A stretch of DNA of 63,943 nucleotides, counting the filler. It is 6 parts of 6 records of this genome, joined end to end, with 100 filler letters (N's around TTAATTAATTAA, not from the genome) between each part and the next. Parts side by side here need not be neighbours in the genome. Positions count along the whole stretch, not along the records: positions 35,976 to 50,592 come from DRR723986_4885; positions 50,693 to 58,837 come from DRR723986_4899; 4 more parts are not named here. One strand, given 5' to 3'. This document shows, in pieces, positions 47,997-58,396 of this stretch (its first letter is position 1; each line of letters opens with the position of its first letter). A program made the translations under genes and the position numbers. The notes under the pieces were generated by a model. The model was given only the letters and a program-made list of their open reading frames with translations. It ran no database searches and was not told the DNA's origin.

Positions 47997-48529
47997 AGCG
48001 CCACCTTACACATTACCTGAGAAAGCTGCGCTATTCCGAAGCGGGCAACGCAACCGTCGAATTCGTTATCGTGTTTCCGCTGATGATCGGTCTGCTCTTG
48101 TCCGGTTTCGAATTGGGATTTGTCTCCCTACACCAGGGCATGCTGGAGCGCGCGGTCGACATCACCGTTCGTGACATCAAGCTGGGAACCGGCGCCCAAC
48201 TGCAGCACGATGCCATCAAACAAGTGATCTGCGAACGCGCTCAATTCATCAAAAACTGTGATGAAAACATGCGCCTCGAAATGATCCAGCAGAATCCGCG
48301 CGTTGGCATCTCAATTCCAAGCACGGCGGATTGCACCGACAAATCCGAAGAGGTGAAGCCCGTTCGCAGTTTCGAAAATGGTCAAAGTAACGACCTGATG
48401 ATCCTGCGTGCCTGCGTCAAGATTTCACCTATCTTTCCAACGTCGACATTGGGCCGCAAGATCAGCGACAATGCCGATAAACAGTACGCTCTCGTCGCCA
48501 TGAGCGCATTCGTTCAGGAGCCGCGTTAA
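47993..48529 (+). CDS. tadE: TadE family pseudopilin
   Basis: G-NATVEF prepilin cleavage motif; FVQEP C-terminus. Confidence 0.88.
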   Translation: MKRHLTHYLRKLRYSEAGNATVEFVIVFPLMIGLLLSGFELGFVSLHQGMLERAVDITVRDIKLGTGAQLQHDAIKQVICERAQFIKNCDENMRLEMIQQNPRVGISIPSTADCTDKSEEVKPVRSFENGQSNDLMILRACVKISPIFPTSTLGRKISDNADKQYALVAMSAFVQEPR

Positions 48530-48532
48530 CCC

Positions 48533-49087
48533 ATGAAACAGTCAAGATTTTCCCGCTTCATCAAATCCTTTACCCGGGATACAGACGGCTCAGTTTCTGT
48601 CGAATTTGTGATCCTGTTTCCGATGTTGGCCTGGGCTTTGATGGCAAGCTACACGTTCTTTGATGGGTATCGTCAGAGTGCCGCCAACCTGAAGGCCGCC
48701 TATACGATCAGCGACCTGATCTCGCGCGAAACCCAGGGGATCGACGATACTTATATCGACTCGATGGAAACCCTGCTCACGGTGATGACGCGTAACCCCA
48801 CCGGGACCAAAATGCGCATTTCAGTGATCAAATGGAATGGGCGGAAAAACAAACACGTCGTCAAATGGTCCAAGGTGCGTGGTGATTTCGGCAATCCGCT
48901 CAACAACACCACTGTGCTGGATATCAAAGATCAGCTGCCGAAAATGCCCAACCAAGACAATATCATTTTGGTTGAGACGAAAGATTTCTACGTGCCGCCC
49001 TTCAAAGTGGGTATCACGCCAAAATCTCTCGACAACTTCGTGTTTACCCGCCCCCGCTTTACCGATCAGGTGGCTTGGGCAAGTTAA
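48533..49087 (+). CDS. TadE/TadF family pseudopilin
   Basis: G-SVSVEF motif; AAYTISDLISR; FTRPRF. Confidence 0.85.
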   Translation: MKQSRFSRFIKSFTRDTDGSVSVEFVILFPMLAWALMASYTFFDGYRQSAANLKAAYTISDLISRETQGIDDTYIDSMETLLTVMTRNPTGTKMRISVIKWNGRKNKHVVKWSKVRGDFGNPLNNTTVLDIKDQLPKMPNQDNIILVETKDFYVPPFKVGITPKSLDNFVFTRPRFTDQVAWAS

Positions 49088-49572
49088 CCGCGATGCGCCA
49101 TCAGTGCCGATAGGGTCTCGGACATGAATTTCGTCTGAGACCCCGGCGCGACACCGCCAATCCCAATCCGACGCCCCATACGCCACCACAGGCCGGGCTG
49201 CCATGTGCGGCCTTCTGCTGTTTTCGTACGCAGCAAAAAGCCATTGGATGGCTTAAAGGCAAACACCCCCCGATCCATCGCTTCGATATCCTCGACCAAG
49301 GCCAGCCGCACGCCCGCGCTCGAGCGCAGCTCGGTCATGGTCAACTCCAGACGATGGGTCGTGGCCTGATGCATCCGATGCGCGGCCCACAGCGCCACAC
49401 CACCCACAACCACCAAGAACGCCTGCCAGTGCAATTCCGGCGGCGTGGCAAACGCCACATACAACACCAGCGCCCCAAGGGTTCCCAACACACCAATCCC
49501 CATCCAGCGACGCGCGGGCGAAGCCTCGACCACGGCCAAAATCTCTTCTTCTGCGGGATTATCTTGTGACAC
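49084..49572 (-). CDS. Conserved hypothetical membrane protein
   Basis: Two TM segments; FAFKPSNGF, WQPGLWWR. Confidence 0.75.
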   Translation of the reverse strand: MSQDNPAEEEILAVVEASPARRWMGIGVLGTLGALVLYVAFATPPELHWQAFLVVVGGVALWAAHRMHQATTHRLELTMTELRSSAGVRLALVEDIEAMDRGVFAFKPSNGFLLRTKTAEGRTWQPGLWWRMGRRIGIGGVAPGSQTKFMSETLSALMAHRG

Positions 49573-49755
49573 GGGCGTACTCTCCAGTTTTGTGGCAGAC
49601 TGCGCTTATCCTGAATTCGCCTGCGGGGACACCGCTTTTCTATTCAACCGCTTCGCCACTGCGCAAATTCGCACAATCCACGTGCCGATACGGCAATTGT
49701 GAATATGATTGCACAGACTAGATTGATCGCATCTTCAGGCAACAGGAGGCAAACC

Positions 49756-50592
49756 ATGTCCCTTCGACCCATTCTTGAAACACGCCCCGCCACCCCAACT
49801 CTCGAAGGGGCTGGCGTCAAACTGCACCGCGCCTTTGGGTTTCATGACCCAAGCGAACTGGACCCGTTTCTGCTGTTCGATGATTTCCGCAACGAACACC
49901 CCGCGGACTTTGCCAAAGGATTCCCATGGCATCCCCATCGCGGCATTGAAACCATCACCTATGTTTTGTCTGGCACCGTCGATCATACCGACTCGCTCGG
50001 CAACGAAGGGTCACTGGGCGCGGGTGACGTGCAATGGATGACGGCTGGGTCCGGCATCCTGCATCAGGAAATGCCACAGGGAAACGCAAACGGGCAAATG
50101 CACGGGTTTCAGTTGTGGGGCAACCTGCCGGCTGATCAGAAAATGACCGCACCGCACTACCAAGATATGCCCAGCACCGAAATTCCGGTCATCACCGACG
50201 ACGATGGCACCCGTGTCAAAGTCATCACCGGGTCCTTTTGGGGCAAAACCGGCCCGATCAGTGGCATCGCCGCAGACCCACAATATCTGGACATCCAAAT
50301 CCCGGCCGGGGTGAAACGTACCTTTCCCGTCGATACCTATCGCCGCGCCTTTGCCTATGTCTTTGAAGGTCAGGCGGCCTTTGCGGATGCTTCGGCCCCC
50401 TCGGGCGTTTTACTGGAAAAAGAGGTCGCCGGTCAGGATGTGAACATTCGCGATATGTCCGGAGATCGTACTCTGGTCCGGTTTGGCACCGGGGACGAGA
50501 TCACCGTCCAGGCTGGCCCCGACGGCGTCCGGTTTCTGCTGATTTCCGGCGCGCCTATTAATGAACCCGTCGCATGGCACGGCCCCATCGTG
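49756..50592 (+). CDS. Pirin family protein (3' truncated)
   Basis: DPFLLFD, GFPWHPHRGIETITY, WMTAGSGILHQE. Confidence 0.96.
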
Positions 50593-50692
50593 NNNNNNNN
50601 NNNNNNNNNNNNNNNNNNNNNNNNNNNNNNNNNNNNTTAATTAATTAANNNNNNNNNNNNNNNNNNNNNNNNNNNNNNNNNNNNNNNNNNNN
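50593..50692. other. Artificial contig spacer
   Basis: N-run, TTAATTAATTAA, N-run. Confidence 0.99.
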
Positions 50693-50926
50693 GACCTGCT
50701 GGATTTCGACATTCAGGAAGTGCGGGTGGCGCATGCGATCCTGCAACAGGCGCGGCAGGCGATACTGGTTGCGGATCAGGGCAAGCTGACGCGCGCAGCA
50801 CCGGTGCGAATAGGGTCACTGACCGATCTGGATATCTGGGTGACCGACACCGCCCCGCCCGCGCCGCTTTGCACCCTGTGTTCCGATGCGGGAACCGAGA
50901 TCAGGGTTGCCCAACCCGCGCGATAA
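50693..50926 (+). CDS. DeoR/GlpR family regulator (3' fragment)
   Basis: LLDFDIQEV..ILVADQGKL..APVRI..VTD. Confidence 0.85.
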   Translation, partial: DLLDFDIQEVRVAHAILQQARQAILVADQGKLTRAAPVRIGSLTDLDIWVTDTAPPAPLCTLCSDAGTEIRVAQPAR

Positions 50927-51557
50927 GTGCCTCGACCTCGGGGCCGAGCGCATCGACAATCAGCGCAACGCCCGCCGCATTGGGGTGAATGCCATCGGCC
51001 TGCATCAAGACACGCAGATCCGGGGCAGCGGTTATCGGCGCAAGGAAGCTTGCCGCGTAAAGCGTGCCGAATTCCGCCGAAAGGTCAGGGTAGATCGCAT
51101 CAAACGCCGCCTTGTAGTCGGGGCCGTAGTTCAGCGGTGCCTCCATGCCGATAAGCAAAACCGCGACACCGGCCTCCTCTGCCGCTTGCAGGATGCCCGC
51201 AAGATTCGCCCTCGCGGCCTCTGGCGGCAGACCGCGCAGCAGGTCATTGCCCCCAAGAGTCACGATCAGAGCCTGAACATCCTCCGTCAGCGTCCAGTCG
51301 ATGCGGGCCAGACCGCCCGCTGTGGTATCGCCCGACACGCCAGCATTGATCAGCCTGACCTCATGGCCCTGCGCCTGCAACCATGTCTCCAACTGCGGCA
51401 CAAAGCCCTGATCCGCGGGCAGTCCGTAGCCTTGCGTCAGGCTGTCACCCAAGGCCGCGATCACCACCTCATCGGCCCATAATGGTGCGGCAGAAAGCGA
51501 CACCGCCAGCACAACCGCCTTGCCGATCCCAACCATACCCCCATATCCAAGGAACAT
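50901..51557 (-). CDS. tesA: SGNH arylesterase/thioesterase TesA
   Basis: GDSLTQGYG, NAGVSGDTT, GGND, DGIHPN; start approximate. Confidence 0.92.
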   Translation of the reverse strand: MFLGYGGMVGIGKAVVLAVSLSAAPLWADEVVIAALGDSLTQGYGLPADQGFVPQLETWLQAQGHEVRLINAGVSGDTTAGGLARIDWTLTEDVQALIVTLGGNDLLRGLPPEAARANLAGILQAAEEAGVAVLLIGMEAPLNYGPDYKAAFDAIYPDLSAEFGTLYAASFLAPITAAPDLRVLMQADGIHPNAAGVALIVDALGPEVEALIARVGQP

Positions 51558-51576
51558 CCGCGCCCGGAGCTTTTTC

Positions 51577-52251
51577 ATGACGTCCCCCATTCTGTCCCTT
51601 ACCGATGTGACCCTGACGCTCGACGGCAATGCCGGGAAGATCGAAATCCTGCATGGCATTTCCCTGTCCGTCGCAGCGGGTGAAACGGTGGGTCTGGTGG
51701 GGCCGTCTGGATCGGGCAAGTCGTCTCTCCTCATGCTGCTTGGCGGGCTGGAACGGGCAACGGGTGGCGTGGTCTCGGCCCTTGGCAAAGACCTTACGCC
51801 GATGACCGAGGATCAGCTTGCGCGCTTTCGCAGGGACAATATGGGCGTGGTCTTTCAAAGCTTCCACCTTATTCCCACGATGACCGCTCTGGAAAACGTG
51901 GCAACGCCGCTGGAGCTGGCCGGGCGTAAGGATGCGTTTGACCGCGCCAAACAGGAACTGGCCGCCATGGGGCTGGCCGACCGGATGCACCATTATCCCG
52001 GTCAATTGTCCGGCGGTGAACAGCAGCGCGTGGCCCTGGCCCGCGCCGCCGCGCCGCGCCCGCGCATCCTGTTGGCGGATGAGCCGACGGGAAATCTCGA
52101 CGAGGCCAACGGGCGCACGATCATGGATCTGCTGTTCGACCTGCGCGACCGCCACGGTGCGACGCTGATCATGGTCACCCACGCCGCAGACCTGGCCGCG
52201 CGGTGCGACCGGGTCATTCGCCTGCGCGACGGACGGTTGGACGCTGCATGA
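51577..52251 (+). CDS. ybbA: ABC transporter ATP-binding protein (YbbA-like)
   Basis: GPSGSGKS, LSGGEQQRV, ADEPTGNLD; divergent from tesA. Confidence 0.9.
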   Translation: MTSPILSLTDVTLTLDGNAGKIEILHGISLSVAAGETVGLVGPSGSGKSSLLMLLGGLERATGGVVSALGKDLTPMTEDQLARFRRDNMGVVFQSFHLIPTMTALENVATPLELAGRKDAFDRAKQELAAMGLADRMHHYPGQLSGGEQQRVALARAAAPRPRILLADEPTGNLDEANGRTIMDLLFDLRDRHGATLIMVTHAADLAARCDRVIRLRDGRLDAA

Positions 52252-52604
52252 TCCGGATCGAGAAATTTCCGGTAATCGGGCAAGTCACCCGCAACGCCGC
52301 CGGGCGCTTGAGCCTGAAGCCCGAACAGACCCTGACGCGAGAGGGGATTCTCTATCTCGTCGAACGCATGACCCCGACCGACCGGCGCCTTGCCGTGCCC
52401 GGCGGCATGGTGCGCTTTGCGGAAAGCGGGCGGCTTGTCGCGATGCTGGCCCGCGCCCTGCCCGAATGCCACGCGGCGTTGGATGAGGGCGCGATCATCG
52501 ACGCCCGTTTTCGCGAATGGTCTGATCCGATGGCAGTCGCCTTTACCGTGCAGGAAGTACAGGACCGCCTTGCACCGCCATGGAACCGGGGTACTCGCAG
52601 ATGA
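52248..52604 (+). CDS. Hypothetical 118-aa protein coupled between ybbA and ybbP
   Basis: ATGA start/stop overlaps at both ends. Confidence 0.7.
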   Translation: MIRIEKFPVIGQVTRNAAGRLSLKPEQTLTREGILYLVERMTPTDRRLAVPGGMVRFAESGRLVAMLARALPECHAALDEGAIIDARFREWSDPMAVAFTVQEVQDRLAPPWNRGTRR

Positions 52605-55120
52605 GCCCCATCTTCCGCATCGCATGGCGCGACCTGCGCGGGGGCTTGCGCGGTTTCCGCATCTTTCTGGCCTGCCTGACCCTTGGCGTCGCGGCGATTG
52701 CCGCCGTGGGGTCGGTTCGGCAGGCCGTGCAGATCGGACTGGAGGAAGAAGGCGCGGTGATCCTGGGCGGAGATGCCGAGATGACCTTCGTCTATCGCAT
52801 GGCAACCGAGGCCGAGGCCGCGTGGATGGATCGGGTCGCCTTGGCCGTGTCCGAAACGGTCGATTTCCGATCCATGGCCGTGGCTGAAGTGGACGGAGAA
52901 ACCGTGCGCGGCCTTACGCAGCTGCGCGGCATTGACGGCCGCTATCCGCTCTATGGCACGGTCGGGCTTGATCCGGCGATGACCATCGAAGAGGCGCTAG
53001 CCACCACCGACATGCCCGGCGCGGTCATGCACCCGACGCTGATCGCTCAGATGGGGTTGCAGATTGGCGATACCGTCAGTTTTGGTCTGCAAGCCTTCGA
53101 ACTGCGTGCCGCACTGACGCTTGAGCCCGACATGGCGGGCGGCAATTTCGGCCCGGGTCCGCGCACCCTTGTGCGGCTCGACGCGCTGAACGGTTCTGGC
53201 CTTCTTGGTCCCGGCACGCTTTTCAACAGCCAGTATCGCCTTGCCCTGCCCGAAGGAACCGACCTCGCGGAACTTGAATCAGAGGCGCGCGCACTATTCG
53301 CCGAGACCGGAATGCGCTGGAAAGATGCGCGCAACGCCGCCCCCGCCCTTGGCCGTTTCGTGGAAAGGATCGGGGCGTTTCTGGTGCTGGTGGGGCTGGC
53401 GGGGCTTGCCGTGGGGGGCGTCGGTATTTCCGCCGCTGTGCGCAGCTATCTGGCGGGCAAGACCGAGACCATCGCCACGCTAAAGACGCTCGGGGCCGAA
53501 CGGCGCACCATCTTCACCGTCTACGTCCTGCAAATCGGCGCGATGACCCTGCTTGGCATTGCTCTTGGGCTTGCCTTGGGCGCGGTCCTTCCCTTTGCCA
53601 TTGCGCCCTTGATCACCGCAAACCTGCCAGTGCCCGCAGAGATCCGACTTCATCCCGGCCCGCTGGCGGAAGCCGCGCTCTACGGCGCGCTGACAGCGCT
53701 GATCTTTACCCTCTGGCCGCTTGCGCGCATCGAACAGGTCCGTGCCGCCGCCCTGTACCGAGAGGCTGCGGGCCTGTCCCGCCACTGGCCACGCTGGCCA
53801 TTCCTGTTGGTGATCGCAGGGCTGGCGGGGCTGCTTATCTCTTTGTCCGCGTGGCTGTCTGGCATCCCGCGTCTTGCGCTATGGTCCGCCGCTGCGATCC
53901 TGTCCGCACTGCTGATACTGTCGCTGGCCGCCAGCCTGTTGCGCCTGCTGGCCCGCAATCTGGCCCGGCGCGCGCGCGGCCGCCCGGCGCTGCGCCTTGC
54001 GCTAGGGTCGATCGGCGCGCCGGGGTCCGAGGCCGCAAGCGCCATCCTGTCGCTTGGGCTTGGCCTGTCCGTTTTGGCCGCTGTGGGCCAGATCGACACC
54101 AACCTGCGCGCCGCCATCCAGCAGGATCTGCCAGAGGTCGCCCCCGCCTTCTTCTTCGTCGATATCCAGCCCGACCAGATCGCGCCGTTTCTGTCAGCCA
54201 TGGAGACCGATCCCGACGTGACACGGGTGGACAGCGCCCCGATGCTGCGCGGCGTCATCACCCGGATCAATGACCGCCCGGCGGCAGAGGTGGCAGGCAA
54301 CCATTGGGTGATCCGGGGCGACCGGGGCCTGACCTACCGCGCCGACGCGCCGCCCGAGCGGGAAATCATCCAAGGGACATGGTGGCCCGAGGACTATGAC
54401 GGCCCGCCGCAAATGGCCTTCGCTGCCGAGGAAGCGCTGGAAATGGGCATCGGACTTGGCGATACGATGACGGTCAATGTGCTCGGCCGCGACATCACAG
54501 CAACGATTGTCGCGCTAAGGGAAGTCGATTTCTCCAATGCAGGGATCGGCTTTGTCATGACCCTGTCGCCCAATGCCCTTGCCGGCGCCCCCCACACGCA
54601 TATCTCCACCGTCTACGCCGACCCGCAGGCCGAAGCCCGCATTCTGCGAGAGGTCGCCACCATAGGCCCCAACATCACCGCGATCAGTGTCCGTGACGCG
54701 ATCGACCAGGTGGCCCGCGCGCTGTCTGGCATTGCTGCGGCCACGTCCTGGGGCGCGGCGGCAACTCTGCTGACCGGTTTCATGGTGTTGATCGGCGCGG
54801 CGGCAGCGGGTGAACGGGCCCGCGCCTATGAAGCCGCCATACTGAAAACACTCGGAGCCAGCCGCGCACGGATCTTGTTCAGCTTTGCCCTGCGCGCTGC
54901 CCTTCTGGGGGTGGCGGCGGGCGCGGTCGCGGTGGCAGCGGGGGGGCTGGCCGGATGGGCCGTTACCCGTTTCGTGATGGAAACCGCCTTCGCTTTTCAC
55001 CTGCCCTCTGCCATCGCCATTACCCTCGGCGGGGCGCTGGCCACGCTTCTGGCAGGGCTCGTGTTTGCATGGCGACCGCTGGCCGTGCGACCCGCAACGA
55101 TCCTGCGCAGCGATGGCTGA
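52601..55120 (+). CDS. ybbP: ABC transporter permease (YbbP/FtsX-like)
   Basis: Two FtsX-like halves; IATLKTLGA, FFFVDIQPDQ, AILKTLGA. Confidence 0.9.
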   Translation: MSPIFRIAWRDLRGGLRGFRIFLACLTLGVAAIAAVGSVRQAVQIGLEEEGAVILGGDAEMTFVYRMATEAEAAWMDRVALAVSETVDFRSMAVAEVDGETVRGLTQLRGIDGRYPLYGTVGLDPAMTIEEALATTDMPGAVMHPTLIAQMGLQIGDTVSFGLQAFELRAALTLEPDMAGGNFGPGPRTLVRLDALNGSGLLGPGTLFNSQYRLALPEGTDLAELESEARALFAETGMRWKDARNAAPALGRFVERIGAFLVLVGLAGLAVGGVGISAAVRSYLAGKTETIATLKTLGAERRTIFTVYVLQIGAMTLLGIALGLALGAVLPFAIAPLITANLPVPAEIRLHPGPLAEAALYGALTALIFTLWPLARIEQVRAAALYREAAGLSRHWPRWPFLLVIAGLAGLLISLSAWLSGIPRLALWSAAAILSALLILSLAASLLRLLARNLARRARGRPALRLALGSIGAPGSEAASAILSLGLGLSVLAAVGQIDTNLRAAIQQDLPEVAPAFFFVDIQPDQIAPFLSAMETDPDVTRVDSAPMLRGVITRINDRPAAEVAGNHWVIRGDRGLTYRADAPPEREIIQGTWWPEDYDGPPQMAFAAEEALEMGIGLGDTMTVNVLGRDITATIVALREVDFSNAGIGFVMTLSPNALAGAPHTHISTVYADPQAEARILREVATIGPNITAISVRDAIDQVARALSGIAAATSWGAAATLLTGFMVLIGAAAAGERARAYEAAILKTLGASRARILFSFALRAALLGVAAGAVAVAAGGLAGWAVTRFVMETAFAFHLPSAIAITLGGALATLLAGLVFAWRPLAVRPATILRSDG

Positions 55121-55191
55121 ACCGGCGAACTGTCGCCAAAGCTCCACCATACCCTCTTGTTTTTCATGTTCTTCCGGCGCAAGTGCTACAC

Positions 55192-55989
55192 ATGATCCGC
55201 CGCCTCCGCAGCATATTGACCCGTCCAAGCAGCGCCCACCCCCCCGCCCCCGTGCGGGATGCCCTGCCGCACCCGGAATTTGCGACTTATATCGTTGGCG
55301 ACCTGCACGGGCGCGCCGATCTGCTGGAACGCGCGCTGGACCGGATCGACGAACATGTCGGCAAGACTGGCGCGCGCAATCCGCAGGTGGTGTTTGTCGG
55401 CAACTATATCGACCACGGACCCGAAAGCGCCGCCACCCTGACCCGTGTCTGGGAATTGTCAAAGGAACTGCCGCAGAACGTGACCTGCCTGATGGGCAAT
55501 CACGAACGGATGCTGCTGGATTTCCTGTCTGATCCCAAGACACGCGGCCCCCGCTGGCTGCGCTCCGGCGCGCGCCCGACACTGGAAAGCTTTGGCCTGC
55601 ATACCAGCCAGCTGGAACCGGGCTGCGCGCCAGATCTGTTCCGGCAAGAGGCTCTGGCGCTGCGGGCGCAAGTGGCACCGGCCCTGCTGAACTGGCTGGA
55701 AGAACTGCCCCTGTCCTGGAATTCCGGCAATCTCTGGGTGGTCCATGCCGCCGCCGATCCGCAGCATTCCATGGACGACCAATCCTCTCGCGTACTGCTG
55801 TGGGGGCATCCGGAGTTTGACACCCGCCCCCGGTCGGACGGCGTCTGGATTGTGCATGGCCACACGCCCGCCAATGCCCCGGTTTGCACTGAAGGCCGGA
55901 TCTGTGTCGATTGCGGGGCGTGGGAAACCGGGCTGCTCTGCACGGTCGCCGTCTTGCCGGATGGCCGCTTCGAATTTCTCTACGCCTGA
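55192..55989 (+). CDS. Metallophosphoesterase (PPP/PrpA-like) with altered motif II
   Basis: GDLHG, GNYIDHG, GNHE, VHGHTP, VDCGA. Confidence 0.88.
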   Translation: MIRRLRSILTRPSSAHPPAPVRDALPHPEFATYIVGDLHGRADLLERALDRIDEHVGKTGARNPQVVFVGNYIDHGPESAATLTRVWELSKELPQNVTCLMGNHERMLLDFLSDPKTRGPRWLRSGARPTLESFGLHTSQLEPGCAPDLFRQEALALRAQVAPALLNWLEELPLSWNSGNLWVVHAAADPQHSMDDQSSRVLLWGHPEFDTRPRSDGVWIVHGHTPANAPVCTEGRICVDCGAWETGLLCTVAVLPDGRFEFLYA

Positions 55990-56095
55990 CGCAAACGCGG
56001 TTTTCTTAACCTTGAACAGGTCTGCGGCGTGGACAGATACGCCCTGCTGTCTCTACACTCTGAAAACCTTGGTTCCAGAGTAGTGAGTAACGCCG

Positions 56096-56842
56096 GTGAA
56101 AGACATTGGCGAACATGATGTCCTGACCCCCGGCGATATCGAAGCGCTGGTCAGGGATGTGTTGGCAAGAGCTGGCCTTTCAAACGCCAGCGCTGCTTTC
56201 GTTGCCCGATCCATCCGCCGTGCCGAGATCGCTGGCCTGCGCAAGCTCGGGTTGGGGCTGGTGCCGCATATGGTGGAACACCTGCGCTGCGGCAGGGTCA
56301 GCGGCGCTGCCCGCCCGCACCTGACCGAAACCAGCACGGCCGCCCTGCTGGTTGAGGCCGATGGTGGTTTTGCCTGCCCCGCAATCGAAACCGGGCTGAC
56401 AGCGCTTGGCGACCGCGCACAGGATCTGGGCATCGCGGCTCTGTCGGTCCGCAATGCCTATCCCGTCGGGTCAGGTCTGCCATTCCTTGACTACTGTTCC
56501 GCGCGGGGACTGGTCGGCATCGCCAGCATCGCCGGGCTGGTCACGCGCGGCGGGGCCAGCGGCACGCTCATGCTGGAGATCGAGCGGCGCAGCCTCGGCT
56601 TTTCCCGGACCTCTCTGGCCACCGTGCTGCCGATCCAGCCTGACCCCGCTATGGCCGCTGCGGCACTGCCACCGTTCGAAGGTCCGCTCGGGGCGCCCTT
56701 CGGGCTGCATCACTGCTTCGTCGCCATTCGCGCTGACATCTGGCCAACCGGGCAAAGCCATGCGCCGCTGCCCGACACCGTGATCCAGAATTCCGGTATC
56801 GCCGTATCCGCTGGACTGCTAGAAAAGATCATCAACGCCTGA
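56096..56842 (+). CDS. Ldh_2 (YiaK/DpkA-like) oxidoreductase homolog, short and degenerate
   Basis: N-terminal helices, VEADGGFACPA, GIAALSVRNA; lacks SHG. Confidence 0.65.
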   Translation: MKDIGEHDVLTPGDIEALVRDVLARAGLSNASAAFVARSIRRAEIAGLRKLGLGLVPHMVEHLRCGRVSGAARPHLTETSTAALLVEADGGFACPAIETGLTALGDRAQDLGIAALSVRNAYPVGSGLPFLDYCSARGLVGIASIAGLVTRGGASGTLMLEIERRSLGFSRTSLATVLPIQPDPAMAAAALPPFEGPLGAPFGLHHCFVAIRADIWPTGQSHAPLPDTVIQNSGIAVSAGLLEKIINA

Positions 56843-56878
56843 GGCACCCGCGCCCCGGGCACAAGGTGGCAAGGACCA

Positions 56879-57847
56879 ATGAGCGGCGTTCTGAAAGGTG
56901 TTTCGATCCGGGGGCTGGAGGTGTTCGAAGCCCTCGCGCAGACCGGTTCGGTGGGCGAAGCCGCGCGCCGTCTGGGAATGAGCGCGCCGGCCGTGTCGCA
57001 ACAGCTCAAGAACCTCAACTCCGCTGTGGGCATCCCGCTGGTCGATCAAGGCCGTCGCCCCATGACGCTCACCCCCGGAGGCCGCCAGTTCCTGCGCCAT
57101 GTCGAGGCTGCGCTTGGGGCACTGCGCACCGGGCAGCGCGACCTGACGACACTGGACCTGTCAGAGGTCTCGTCCCTGCGCATGGGGGTGATCGAGGATT
57201 TCGAGAACGAAGTCACACCGACCCTGACCGCCCGACTGGCCGAAACCATGCAAAGCTGTGTCTTCGTGCTGAATACCGGTGCCAGTCATACCCTGCTGAA
57301 CCGCGTGACCCGGAACGAACTGGATCTCGCAATCTGCGCCGAAGGGCGGGAAAACCCACCCTCTGCCGCGGTCCACCCGCTGCTGGAAGATCCTTATATC
57401 CTCGCCATCCCCAAGGGCACCAGCCTCTCGAACGGGTTGGAGGGGCTGTCGCACCTGCGGTTTCTGCGCCGAGATCAGGCGCAGGTCATGGGACGTCAGA
57501 TCGAGGACATGCTGATGCGGCAAGGCCTGTCCATTCCCAACCGGTTCGAGCTGGACTCGAACCAGTCGATCAGCGCGCTTGTGGCCGGTGGCCACGCCTG
57601 GACAATCACCACACCGCTCAGCCTGCTGCGTGCGGGGCGCTTCCTCGACGGGATAGACGCCCGGCCCCTACCGTTCACTGGCACCTCGCGGCGCATCGTG
57701 CTCTGTGCGACTGGCGATTGGTCCGGCGATATTCCGCGCCAGATCGCAGCCATCGCCCGCGACCTGATCGAGCAGCATTTCACCGAACGCGGTCTCGACA
57801 TGATGCCCTGGCTGCGGGGCACATTCCGCATCTTGCCGGAAGTGTAG
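56879..57847 (+). CDS. LysR family transcriptional regulator
   Basis: GSVGEAARRLGMSAPAVSQQLKNL HTH plus substrate-binding domain. Confidence 0.95.
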   Translation: MSGVLKGVSIRGLEVFEALAQTGSVGEAARRLGMSAPAVSQQLKNLNSAVGIPLVDQGRRPMTLTPGGRQFLRHVEAALGALRTGQRDLTTLDLSEVSSLRMGVIEDFENEVTPTLTARLAETMQSCVFVLNTGASHTLLNRVTRNELDLAICAEGRENPPSAAVHPLLEDPYILAIPKGTSLSNGLEGLSHLRFLRRDQAQVMGRQIEDMLMRQGLSIPNRFELDSNQSISALVAGGHAWTITTPLSLLRAGRFLDGIDARPLPFTGTSRRIVLCATGDWSGDIPRQIAAIARDLIEQHFTERGLDMMPWLRGTFRILPEV

Positions 57848-58020
57848 GCAAGACTGATTCCGCATGAATTCGGGTCCAGCGGGGCCATGGCCCTTGCCGT
57901 GACGCCGCCCTGATGGGGTGAATTCGGGCCTTGCAGAAAAGAAAGCCACTGGATTTCATCTGCCCTCACCTTTTCCATGATCTGGCATGTGCTTGATATG
58001 CATATTTTTTTCACAACTTC

Positions 58021-58036
58021 TGTAAACATTTTTACA
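58021..58036. promoter_or_regulatory. Palindrome TGTAAA-N4-TTTACA upstream of acs
   Basis: Perfect 6-bp arms in an AT-rich intergenic region. Confidence 0.35.
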
Positions 58037-58396
58037 CCTTACACATCACCCCTTGAAAGTCAGTTACAGAACCCTACGAAAGCAGCAGCTAATTGTTCTC
58101 GACTTCACGAAATTTTGTAAGGTTCGTGCAGGGGTAAACGCAACTTATGCACCCTCTTCGGCACATGCCCGACGGACCGGCAGGAGGACGCCCGGACCGC
58201 AAGGAAACCGCCGGAGCAACGGTTGGGGGAGGCTAACCAGATCATTCAGCCCGATATCGGGCCCGAGCAACAGCAGCCGCGCAGCAGCTGTCTTTTGCCC
58301 GAACATGCAGGACACGTGGAAAGCGTTCGTTTTCCGCTCCGGTTCACCGTGTCTTCTGTCTGGGACGAGAACCGGCACTCTTTAAGGGAGAGAACA

